From contig NW_025767236.1 of assembly GCF_003918875.1 (NCBI RefSeq), positions 186,001-250,000 of the forward strand: a DNA stretch of 64,000 nt, read 5' to 3'. The position numbers and the translations under genes are program-made. Source of the stretch: Haliotis rubra. Its lineage: Eukaryota. Every line of letters starts with the position of its first letter. The first letter of the stretch is position 1. This document shows, in pieces, positions 22,581 to 35,800 of this stretch. Below the pieces are notes generated by a model. It was not told where the DNA came from. It did not search any database and saw only the letters and a list, made by a program, of their open reading frames with translations.

Positions 22581-24789
22581 ATGTCCATCGTGTATTCACT
22601 CACTCTTGAGTGTTTGTGTCAGGGTAATATTGCAGTAACAGCACGCATGGATATCTACGACCAGTTAGTCACGTTGTGAACACTGCTAGCATTGTTGAAT
22701 GTCCATTGTTAGTTGTTACATTTGTTACTTTGTTTCATATTTCCTAGAAGAAACACAATACATTGCGTCACTTTAAGATCACGTGTGATTGTCTGAAGCA
22801 AAGATTAATCCGAATAAAGAAATATCTACTTAAAACTATTGGATACCTATGAATTTCACTCATATATACAGGTATCGAATCAAAACAGAGCACCTTGCAC
22901 TGAATATATATTGGTTGATCTCATACAAGATGGCGGACTCGGTATGTTCACTACGAAGAGGAGATGAGGTGGGATCTGGATGAATGCTGCATTGAAAGTA
23001 ATAGCACTTGCATAGTTCTGTCCGTGTGTGCGTACGTACGACAGCATGGCTGCTTGTATTAGTCGAGACTAGTGCCGGCTATGTAGCTGTAACCCTACAA
23101 CAGATAAGCCCACCACACCGTGTACAGACTCTATCTTTGTTAACACAGGCAGGTCAGAAAATCGATAAACTAGGCCCCGGTTTAGTATCAACACCCCCTA
23201 CTATACCCCACTGCGGGTCAGAAAATCGATAAACTAGGCCCCGGTTTGGGTTTTGTCTATAAAACTACTTGACAAACACTTTTTATGATGAAATGGTGCA
23301 AGACAAAAAGGTAAATTTTCGTGTAAACTTGCCCTTTAATGCAGATATATATAAATGAAACATGCACCAACTGAGCTAACACTTAAAACCGCTGGCAGTA
23401 TCTGTTAGTGTTTGATGAAAGTGTAGGGGAGATACGATTAACACCTGCTATGTTTTATGTGTTGAGTTTTACAATATGCACACACACTTACTATAAACAC
23501 ACGCACTTTACAGCAGTTCATGATCCATTAGAATTCTTGTTTCTCTCTCCGAAATATAACCCGTTTTGTTTCAGCCTTGTTCAAAATCACTCACAGGCTT
23601 ATTATTATTCCGAAGAGAATATTAAAAACTGAACGTTAAGGATATGGTATTCAAACTATAGTATTATGTATACCACGCCGTGAATATTTCACACACGCAC
23701 AGATCTCTGAATCAGCTGAATTCAATGCCGCTGTCATTCACATACACCCGAACAGAATTACGGATCCAATAATAGAAATTGATAAAGGGCAGAACCATTT
23801 ATGAACATTTGACCAGGGAGACTGTATAACGTTGTATGTTGTAGATTATCCCTGGTTTGACAGAAAACATACCGAGGCCGCCATCTTCAGTTTTCCACAA
23901 TGTTCCAGAATGACATTTTATAGGAAACCGGTCTCCGGTCTTCCGCTTTAAAAGCTACTCCGATGCATTTCCAAAAATATTTTTATTTCAAAGACACTTT
24001 TGTTCAAATTGTTTGTCGTGATTGTTTATTCGGATTAGTGTGGGGGCTGTATTACATCAGGGATATTCTACAGCGTCTTCTAATCTCCCTGATTACATCA
24101 ACAGCTGTCTCGTGAAGTCTCGTCGCTAACATCTCGGACATCCAATGACGAGACTTGAAGTGTATTGACATTTTAAACCCCGCACGTGTGGTACCCCAGA
24201 TTAAAATGACTTTACTCGCGTCTTCTTTACAGTGAGCATGTACTGACATTATTAACTTAATAAAAGTGCCAGTAATAAAATGGCTTTGAAAACATTGTTG
24301 TTCGAGTGTTTTGTACCATAATTAGATGTTGAATTGTCTCTAACTTAGTTTACAAACGATTCTCTCAGATCCATGTTTACAAATGTGGTTTAGTCGTATG
24401 TTCTTGTACGTCACCCTCAGCACTACAACACAAACATCACGCCGTCCTTGAAATAATCAAATCTGGGCAAGGAAGATGTAGTGATTGATATTATGAACAA
24501 ACAGGACGCTACAAAGACCGCGAAAGAAATCCTGACCAATCAACAGGTAATGAGATACTTGTGACTTTATTTAACCCGGGAGAGAAGCAGTGGTGAGTTT
24601 GAGACCTGGAAAACCGACTCTGAAGGAGAAAATTCAGCGACTGACATTTTAAGTATCTACCAAGTTTGTATACCATGACATGCATCAGTGAGAGAGAGAG
24701 CATGATTTTATGTTGCTTCTAGGCATATTCCAGCAATATCACGTTAACTATACAGTACCGTTATTGGATATAGGGTGGGGTATAAGTTA

Positions 24790-25285
24790 GGTTCTAGTCA
24801 AAATGGCCACAAACCCCTACCAAATACTGTGTTTTACAAGACCCCCCTGCAGATCCATGTTATCATGACACTGAGTTAAGTCAATTGACAAACCCAGTAA
24901 GTCAATTACTCATTGTTATGTTATCAAAACACTACCGGGTACCCGATGAGTATTAAAAAACTTATCTACATGGATGTCATGTAAAAGTGAATAGTTAAAA
25001 AGTGCATAAACATGAAAAAAGATAATATATATATATTTGTTATTTGTTGAAAATATGATTTGTTTAACTGTAATACACATCAAGTTTTTACATAATACAA
25101 ATGTTAGGCATATTATATAAAAAAAATAATGTGTGGCCATTTTGACTTTTAATTTTCTATGGCCAATTTGATTTTTTGCTGTGGGCATTTTGACTAGGGG
25201 TTGTGGCCATTTTGGTTTTTTTGTGTGGCCATTTTGACTAGGGTCAGTGTGGCAATTTTGTCGTGTGGCCATTTTGACCTGTTCC
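24790..25285. mobile_element. Non-autonomous DNA element with subterminal GTGGCCATTTTGAC repeats
   Basis: GTCAAAATGGCCAC at the left end is inverted relative to about 7 GTGGCCATTTTGAC-like motifs at 25130-25280. Confidence 0.55.
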
Positions 25286-25324
25286 CTATAAGTTAGTTAT
25301 ACAGTACTTCTCTGGAAGTTTCGG

Positions 25325-28300
25325 TTTCTACACCAACAGTTGCACACTGTCCAGGCAGGTGCCGCCAATATACAGACACTGTCCGGGCAGGTGCCGCCAA
25401 TATACAGACACTGTCCAGGCAGGCACCGCCAATATACAGACACTGTCCGGCAGGCACCGCCAATATACAGACACTGTCCAGGCAGGCGGCGCCAATATAC
25501 AGACACTGTCTGGGCAGGCACCCCCAATATACAGACACAATACCCACCCCTAGTTTCTACACCAACACACTGTCCGGGCAGGCGCCGCCAATATACAGAC
25601 ACAATACCCACGCCTAGTTTCTACACCAACACACTGTCCGGGCAGGCACCGCCAATATGCAGACACAATACCCACCCCTAGTTTCTACACCAACACACTG
25701 TCCGGGCAGGCACCGCCAATATACAGACACTGTCTGGGCAGGTGCTGCCAATATACAGACACTGTCCAGGCAGGCACCGCCAATATACAGACACAATACC
25801 CACCCCTAGTTTCTACACCAACACACTGTCCGGGCAGGCACCGCCAATATACAGACACAATACCCACCCCTAGTTTCTACACCAACAGCTGCACACTGTC
25901 CGGGCAGGCACCGCCAATATACAGACACTGTCCGGCAGGCGCCGCCAATATACAGACACTGTCCGGGCAGGCGCCGCCAATATACAGACACTGTCCGGGC
26001 AGGTGCCGCCAATATACAGACACTGTCCGGGCAGGCACCCAATATACAGACACTGTCCGGTGCCAATATACAGACCTCGTCCGGGCAGGTGCCGCCAATA
26101 TACAGACACTGTCCGGCAGGTGCCGCCAATATACAGACACTGTCCGGGCAGGCACCGCCAATATACAGACACTGTCCGGGCAGGCACCGCCAATATACAG
26201 ACACTATACGCAGGCGTCTAATATACAGACACTGTCCGGGCAGGCGCCGCCAATATACAGACACAATACCCAACCCTAGTTTCTACACCAACACACTGTC
26301 CGGGCAGGCACCGCCAATATACAGACACTGTCCGGCAGGCGCCGCCAATATACAGACACTGTCCGCAGGCGCCGCCAATATACAGACACTGTCCAGGCAG
26401 GTGCCGCCAATATACAGACACTGTCCGGCAGGTGCCGCCAATATACAGACACTGTCCGGGCAGGTGCACGCCAATATACAGACACTGTCTGAGCAGGTGC
26501 CGCCAATATACAGACACTGTCCGGGCAGGTGCCGCCAATATACAGACACAATACCCACCCCTAGTTTCTACACCAACACACTGTCCGGGCAGGCACCGCC
26601 AATATACAGACACTGTCTCGGCAGGCGCCGCCAATATACAGACACTGTCCCGGCAGGCGCCGCCAATATACAGACACTGTCCGGGCAGGCGCCACCAATA
26701 TACAGACACTGTCCGGGCAGGCACCCCCAATATACAGACACAATACCCACCCCTAGTTTCTACACCAACAGTTGCACACTGTCCGGACAGGCGCCGCCAA
26801 TATACAGACACAATACCCACCTCTAGTTTCTACACCAACAGTTGCACACTGTCCGCAGGCAGGTGCCAGCCAATATACAGACACAATACCCACCCCTAGT
26901 TTCTACACCAACAGTTGCACACTGTCCGGGCAGCCAATATACAGACACAATACAACACACTGTCCGGGCAGGCACCGCCAATATGCAGACACAATACCCA
27001 CCCACCGTTTCCACACCAACAGCTGCACACTGTCCGGGCGGGTGCCAATAAACAGACCATTCCTGGTATTACCGCCGACAGTTGTCAGACACAATACCCA
27101 CACCCTAATTTCTACACCAACACACTGTCCGGCGCAGGCTCTCGGCGGGCAGGCAATATACTGCACACTGTCCAATATACTAGACACTGTCCGGCAGGCA
27201 CAATGTATACCAACGGACGGGTAGCAATATACAGACGCACTGTCGGGCGTTGCGCCAATATAGGCAGGCGCCGCCAATATACAGACACTGTCGGGCAGAA
27301 ACCACCAATATACAGACACTGTCCGGGCAGGCACCCCCAATATACAGACACAATACCCCCCTAGTTTCTACACCAACAGTTGCACACTGTCCGGACAGGC
27401 CGTAATATACAGACACAATACCCACCTCTAGTTTCTACACCAACAGTTGCACACTGTCCGGGCGGAAGCCGCCAATATACAGACACAATACCCACCCCTA
27501 GTTTCTACACCAACAGTTGCACACTGTCCGGGCAGGCATACAATATACAGACACAATACCCACCCCTAGTTTCTACACCAACACACTGTCCGGGCAGGCA
27601 CCACTAATATGCAGACACAATACCTACCCTAGTTTCTACACCAACAGCTGCACACTGTCCGGCAGGCAGCATCAATATACAGACACAATACCCACCCCTA
27701 GTTTCTACACCAACACACTGTCCGGGCAGGCACCGCCAATATGCAGACACAATACCCACCCCTAGTTTCTACACTAACAGTTGCACACTGTCCAGGCAGG
27801 CCCGTAATATACAGACACAATACCCTCCCCTGGTTTCTACACCAACAGTTGCACACTGTCCGGGCAGGCTGCCAATATATACAGACACAATACCTACCCC
27901 CAGTTTCTACACCAACAGTTGCACACTGTCCAGGCAGGCATACGCCAATATACAGACACAATACCCACCCTAGTTTCTACACCAACAGTTGCACACTGTC
28001 GGGCAGGCACCAGGCCAATATACAGACACAATACCCTCCCCTAGTTTCTACACCAACAGTTGCACACTGTCCGGGCAGGCACCGCCAATATACAGACACA
28101 ATACCCACCCCTGGTTTCTACACCAACAGTTTGCACACTGTCCGGCAGGCACCGCCAATATACAGACACAATACCCTCCCCTAGTTTCTACACCAACAGT
28201 TGCACACTGTCCCAGGCAGGCGCCGCCAATATACAGACACAATACCCACCCCTGGTTTCTACACCCAACACACTGTCGGGCAGGCACCGTAATATACAGA

Positions 28301-28998
28301 CACAATACCCTCCTGGTTTCTACACCAACAGTTGCACACTGTCCGGGCCGAAGCGCAATATATATATACAGACACAATACCTACCCCCAGTTTCTACACC
28401 AACAGTTGCACACTGTCCAGGCGGCGCCGCCAATATACAGACACAATACCCACCCCTAGTTTCTACACCAACAGTTGCACACTGTCCGGGCAGGCGCCGC
28501 CAATATACAGACACAATACCCACCCCTAGTTTCTACACCAACAGTTGCACACTGTCCGGGCAGGCGCCGCCAATATACAGACACAATACCCACCCCTAGT
28601 TTCTACACCAACAGTTGCACACTGTCCGGGCAGGCAACCGCCAATATACAGACACAATACCCTCCCCTAGTTTCTACACCAACAGTTGCACACTGTCCGG
28701 GCAGGCGCCGCCAATATACAGACACAATACCCACCCCTAGTTTCTACACCAACACACTGTCCGGGCAGGCACCGCCAATATACAGACACAATACCCACCC
28801 CTAGTTTCTACACCAACAGCTGCACACTGTCCGGGCAGGCACCGCCAATATACAGACACAATACCCACCCCTAGTTTCCACACCAACAGCTGCACACTGT
28901 CCGGGCAGGCGCTGCCAATATACAGACACAATACCCACGCCTAGTTTCTACACCAACACACTGTCCTGGCAGGCACCGCCAATATACAGACACAATAC
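25325..28998. repeat. 3.7-kb compound minisatellite (32-, 64- and 70-bp units)
   Basis: Core CACTGTCCGGGCAGGCACCGCCAATATACAGA, with or without CACAATACCCACCCCTAGTTTCTACACCAACA and GTTGCA. Confidence 0.96.
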
Positions 28999-29739
28999 TC
29001 ATACACATCTATGCACAAAAACAAATCCAAACTAAATTTTCCAATTTATTATTTCGAATTTACACAGCTTCCCTGAAATATTGATTATCACTGACAGACA
29101 TGAGTTGTGGGCACATCTATTTCCAACATTTCAATCACTTACTAAGTGACATTTTCATACCTAATTAAAGGACATATCAACAATAACTGCATGGCATAAT
29201 GGCAATACATGACATCTTAAATATCACATTTATGTCGACTTCTGATTGGCTGAGATCCCTCCCAATATATTCAATGTACAGCTAACATAAAAGGTACATT
29301 TCGTATCTGAGTTGGCAAACTGTTGACATTACATTTGCAATATATCAAATTAATGAGGCAGCTGAAATTCTGATGATAGTCACGATATTTTCTGAATGAA
29401 ATAGATCCAGTGGGGATAACTCTAGATGTTTTTTCATCTACAATACATGCCTAACTGTGGTATTCTTACAACTTCCATACAAACCATCCACGCATCAGAT
29501 ATATCTACAATGTAATTTGGTTTGTTAAATACTCCATCAAGCATTAGGCTGTACCCACAGACTGTAAACCAACCCATGCACCCTTAAGATGGTAGAAACA
29601 AAAATACACCACAAAAAGACATTATTTTCAATAACGATGTATATTCAATATGTTAATTAAATGAGTTGTCCAAGGGATGGTAGCCCAATGCATGTTATCA
29701 CGATCAGAATAATGAGTTAACCAGAGGTCCGAGAGGCAA

Positions 29740-29849
29740 TCAGGATGGGTCACATGTTTTGTCTGGCCACATCTTCAGGTTATCAGTTTCAGAAGTAGGT
29801 GTCTTCAGAACAGCATTCATCCTGCCATCGAACAGCCCGAACACCCCAC
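29740..29849 (-). CDS. Desulfhydrase B exon 9 ([11 protein letters not shown]...stop)
   Basis: ttgcag| acceptor; ends in TGA. Confidence 0.9.
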
Positions 29850-32800
29850 CTGCAACAGCAAGAATAACAGTAAACTATGCGAGTGAGTGAGTTGGGTGAG
29901 TTGGGTTTGATGCCACCTACAAATGTGAAGACAATAATATCCTGTCCCCTTTACTTTTACCTGTATGAAGAAACAAGAGCCTGTCCCCCTTGAATCTACC
30001 TGTGTGAAGAAACAAGACCGTGTCCCCTTTAAATTTACCTGTATGAAGAAACAAGACCCTGTCCCCCTTGAATCTACCTGTATGAAGAAACAAGACCCTG
30101 TCCCCCTTTAATCTACCTGTGTGAAGAAACAAGACCTGTCCCCTTGAATCTACCTGTGTGAAGAAACAAGGCCCTGTCCCCTTGAAATCTACCTGTCCCC
30201 TGTCCCCTTGAAACCTGTATGAAGAAACAAGACCCTGTCCCCTGTCTACCTGTGTGAAGAAACAAGACCCTGTCCCCTTGAATCTACCTGTATGAAGAAA
30301 CAAGACCCTGTCCCCTTGAATCTACCTGTGTGAAGAAACAAGACCATGTCCCCTTTAAATTTACCTGTATGAAGAAACAAGAGCCTGTCCCCCTTGAATC
30401 TACCTGTATGAAGAAACAAGGCCCTGTCCCCCTTAAATCTACCTGTGTGAAGAAACAAGAGCCTGTCCCCCTTGAATCTACCTGTATGAAGAAACAAGAC
30501 CCTGTCCCCCTTGAATCTACCTGTGTGAAGAAACAAGACCCTGTCCCCCTTGAATCTACCTGTGTGAAGAAACAAGACCCTGTCCCCCTTGAATCTACCT
30601 GTGTGAAGAAACAAGACCCTGTCCCCCTTGAATCTACCTGTGTGAAGAAACAAGACCCTGTCCCCCTTGAATCTACCTGTGTGAAGAAACAAGGCCCTGT
30701 CCCCCTTGAATCTACCTGTATGAAGAAACAAGACCCTGTCCCCCTTGAATCTACCTGTGTGAAGAAACAAGACCCTGTCCCCCTTGAAGCGGCCAGGGTT
30801 GGAGGAGAGTTCCTGCACCATGCCCCAGGCTGCCTTCCCTGTGTAGGTGGGGTCCAGCAGGATGCCCGACTGGATGCTGACATCAGTGATGAAATCTGTA
30901 ACGTGGATAATTAAAGTTATTTACTAATGTGCGACCCCGCAAGTCACATCTCCCAAAATATAATAATAATAATAATAATAATTGGCTTGTATAGCGCCTC
31001 GTTTCTATCATAGATGCTCAACGGCGCTGCATAACATTGTTAAAAACACAATAAGTGGGAAAAGAGTTCTATTCAGAAGCCATCTTGAAGAAGTAGGTTT
31101 TGAGCAAGTTCTTGAATTGTGAATGGGACTCAGTTCGTCTGAGGGTGACTGGAAGATTGTTCCACAGAGCTGGTGCTGCTACAGAAAAGGCTCTATCACC
31201 CATTGATGTTTTAGTGCTTGGCTGTGTTAGTCTTAACGTATCTTTTGATCTAAGAGCTCTGGTGGGTACATGCAGATGTACAAGCATATGTTGCCGAAGA
31301 TGAATCATGATACTGATTTGAAAGGGAGTATGATCTGTCTGATTGGCATTGATCCATAAAGTATCTTACTTTCTTACAAGGGAGTATTTCACTTTGTAAG
31401 TAACATTAACAGTTATAAGTAGATTAACTGAGATTAAATAAAAGATACAGTAAACACCCACCCAGCTCCTCATCAGTTGAGATGGAATAGCCTTTCCCTT
31501 TGTAGCCTGTCACGATGTCCACAATGTCTTGAGCGTTGACGTGGGCGAGGCCAACGTCTTCCAGCGTCTCCTGGATGTGATTGTAGAAGTACACGTCATC
31601 GTCACACACCACGAACCCATGACATCTACAGGTAGAAATACACGTCATCAACACACAATGAATCCATGACATGCACAGGTAGAAATACAAGTCATTGTCA
31701 CACAAGACAAACACATGACATGTACAGGTAGAAATACACATCATCGTCACACACCATGAACCCATGACATGCACAGGTAGAAATACACGTCATCGCCACA
31801 CGCCACGAACCCATGACATGTACAGGTAGAAATACATGTCATCGTCACACACCACGAACCCATGACATCTACAGGTAGAAACACACATCGTCACACACCA
31901 CGAACCCATGACATGCACAGGTAGAAATACATGTCATCGTCACACACCACAAACCCATGACATCTACAGGTAGAAATACACATCGTCACACACCATGAAC
32001 CCATGACATGCACAGGTAAAAATACACGTCATCGTCACACACCACAAACCCATGACATCTACAGGTAGAAATACACATCATCGTCACACACCACGAACCC
32101 ATGACATCTACAGGTAGAAATACACATCATCATCACACACCATGAACCCATGACATCTACAGGTAGAAATACACGTCATCGTCACACACCACGAACCCAT
32201 GACATGTACAGGTAGAAATACACGTCATCGCCACACACCACGAACCCATGACATGTACAGGTAGAAATACATGTCATCGCCACACACCACGAACCCATGA
32301 CATGTACAGGTAGAAATACATGTCATCGTCACACACCACGAACCCATGACATGTACAGGTAGAAATACACATCATCGCCACACACCACGAACCCATGACA
32401 TGTACAGGTAGAAATACACGTCATCGCCACACACCACGAACCCATGACATCTACAGGTAGAAATACATGTCATCGTCACACACCACGAACCCATGATATG
32501 CACAGGTAGAAATACAAGAAGACACTTTAAACAAGCTGTACCATAAGCATCATAAGCTTTGTTATAACAACAGTTATCATATTTAATCAAGGGATAGAAA
32601 TGTATTTCATATTCAAGTGGGCACAGTACTCCACAGGTAGACATCAGTAGCACTGTCTGTCTTACCTGAGTTCGCTACCTGTCAGGTAGTTAGCTATACT
32701 TAGTCCAGCCGCGGTGCCTCCACTGCCACATGTAAACACAATATCATCGAACTTCTCCAGCACACCCTGAATGAGATAATGTGTAAAATAAAGTCAATGT

Positions 32801-35800
32801 TGCTAAATGTTGGGTAGAGGGAGCGGGAGGGAGGCTGAACTTTCTCTTCTTCATCACCAATCAATATCAATAATATTAAGTAGCTGTGCAACAGACGGCT
32901 GACTTTGTGTGCTGACTGAGGGTGTGTGTTCGATGGGACTCAACCCAACAAATGTACTAGAATCTGTACTTTACTGAGAAAGTGTAACTCCAGATATAAT
33001 GTCCACTTGACCACTTTCTAAATGTATTCATAACAAACAAAGTTCTACATGGTGGAGTGAAAAAGTGTTGTTTTTATTCTAAACAGATATGATTAATATT
33101 AAAAACACCCCTCATTTATTCATTCTATCAATATAAAAATATAATATTAAAACCTGTGAAAAAAATAGTTTATATCTTCTGGCCCACTCTATCCAAAAAG
33201 ACATTTCGACTTTCTGAAAATCGGTACAGCCTCCTAAAAATGTATCGCACTCTCTCTTCTATGGAGTAAAACCATGCCAGGGTAAGACGGTACCTGTGTC
33301 TGGAGTTCCTGGAAGACAGAGATGTAACCAAACAGTCCCACCTTGTTGGAACCCCCGACAGGTATGAGGTAAGTAGACTCTCCGGTCTGTTGTCTGAAAC
33401 ACACACGTATCAAGCTGTTTCTCTGATAATACAAGATAATATTCTCCTTCATCTTCTGTTTCTTTGGATGTATTTAAATATGCCCCCTCTGTACATGTGC
33501 CCCACCCACTCTGTACATGTGCCCCATCCCTTTGTACATGTGCCCACCCCTCTGTACATGTGCCCTACCCCTGTACATGTGTGCCCTACCCCTCTGTACA
33601 TGTGCCCCATCCCTTTGTACATGTGCCCACCCCTCTGTACATGTGCCCTACCCCTGTACATGTGTGCCCTACCCCTCTGTACATGTGCCCATCCCTTCGT
33701 ACATGTGCCCACCCCTCTGTACATGTGCCCCACCCACTCTGTACATGTGCCCCATCCCTTTGTACATGTGCCCACCCCCTCTGTACATGTGCCCCACCCC
33801 TGTACATGTGTGCCCCACCCCTCTGTACATGTGCCCCACCCTTTGTACATGTGCCCCATCCCTATGTACAGGTGTGCCCTACCCCTCTGTACAGGTGTGC
33901 CCTACCCCCTGTATATATGTGTGCCCTACCCCTCTGTATATATGTGCCCTACCCCCTCTGTACAGGTGTGCCCTACCCCCACTGTACATGTGTCCTACCC
34001 CTCTGTACATGTGTCCTACCCCCTCTGTACATGTGTCCCTACCCCCTCTGTACATGTGTGCCCCACCCCTCTGTACAGGTGTGCCCTAACCCCTCTGTGT
34101 ATGTGTGCCCTACCCCCACTGTATATGTGCCCTACCCCTTCTGTACATGTGTGCCCACCCCTCTGTACATGTGTGCCCTACCCCCTCTACATTTGTGCCC
34201 TCACCCCTCTGTACATGTGTGCCCCACCCCTCTGTACATGTGTGCCCTACCCCTCTGTACATTTGTGCCCCACCCCTCTGTACATATGTGCCCCACCCCC
34301 TCTGTACATGTGTGCCCTACCCCTCTGTACATGTGCCCTTCCCAGTCTGTACATGTGTGCCCTACCCCCTCTGTACATGTGCCCTACCCCCTCTGTATAT
34401 GTGCTCTACCCCCTCTGTAAAACTCACTTTATAATCTCTGCCAGTCTCTCCTGTCTGGGCCTCAGCTCAGCGATGTACGGTGAAGCCCGGGGCACGATGT
34501 ACATGTGTGCCCCACACATCCGGTTCAGCAACACGTTCCCCTCACAACCAATATCTGATGGTGACTGCAAAAATTACAATCAATCAGAACACAGGATTGG
34601 GTTTTGTCACAGAAACACTGTGAGTAACAGCAACTGCTTTGTGTAGAGATAACCACAAGCAAGAAATACACTGATTGATCGTCAGAGCCAAACACGATAA
34701 CTGAAGGAGAGAGTTCATGCCACACTATACAATTATTTCACACATTGTACTTATGATTGGAATCAACTCCAAGTCTTTAGCAGGACAAATGAATGCTCTA
34801 CTGGGCTTCCTGACCGCCCCTCAGAGCATTGCCAATGGCAGCACCAAACAGCGAACTCATGATAAACAGATCGAGCTGATATCATTAAGACTGAAAGGTC
34901 ATACCGTGGTGGTAGTGCGAAGAAGAAGATGTGGTATAAGACCAAGTTGTCGCGCTGCAACAGCCACCGCCCTACAGTGATTGGACTGAATCCCGCCAAC
35001 AGTGCACACGTGCTTGCAGCCCTGATCAATGGCATCGGCAAACAGGAACTCCAGTTTCCGGACCTGCAACAACATTTAACACAAGTCCATAAAAAATTTA
35101 CAAAGACCAAAGAGGCATGGGATGAAACCAATATTTGCTTCACATACATACTGTGTGATGAGTGTCTCTGTGCAATGTGCATGTGTGTGTGTGTGTTCAG
35201 CTGCTTGTACTATTCTGACCAAGTCAGTAACCACTGATATACCATACACGCATTAAAGGGCATAAAACTTCAACAGCCAAGGAAGACAGCAAATCTGCTC
35301 ACCCAGACCAAAAAACGTCCCCAGTCATACAACCCATGCTCTTAACAAACAGACAGATTTAACAAACTGGTTTTCTCTGTCTTGGGCACTTGCTCTTTAT
35401 TTAAGTCAAAAGGATATCACAAACTACTGTTATAATGAAATACAATGTGTGGCCCCTTTGAATTTGACATAACTGTACATATACATCCATATATCTACCC
35501 TTGCTGACCTTGTTCCCTGAAAGAGTACCTCCAGTCATGTCATCCCGCTTGATGTGGATGCTGAAACGTTCTGGAGCACCTGGAATATTCCACTTGTGAA
35601 TAGGAGTGTTAGGTTGTGCCAGCTGAAAAATGCACAAACTGTTACCATGGATACAATATAAAATGCATAACAACCTGAGGACATATTTTCTGTTTTAACC
35701 AAGTCGTTTCCCTTTTTCTTCCCATGGTTCTTCAACTACTATATTTAATTCAGTTTTTCTTGTTCAAGGAATTCCTTAAAGTTCATAACACAGGGATATA

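Noticed and set aside
25293-28931. Dozens of overlapping Cys/Pro-rich ORFs
   Set aside because: Translations of the compound minisatellite in all frames.
30330-30914. 194-aa [12 protein letters not shown] repeat ORF on +
   Set aside because: Antisense of the 39-bp exon-end array.
33390-34646. 418-aa and 318-aa Cys/Pro-rich ORFs (metallothionein/keratin-like appearance)
   Set aside because: Antisense translation of an intronic minisatellite and exon 4 of desulfhydrase B.
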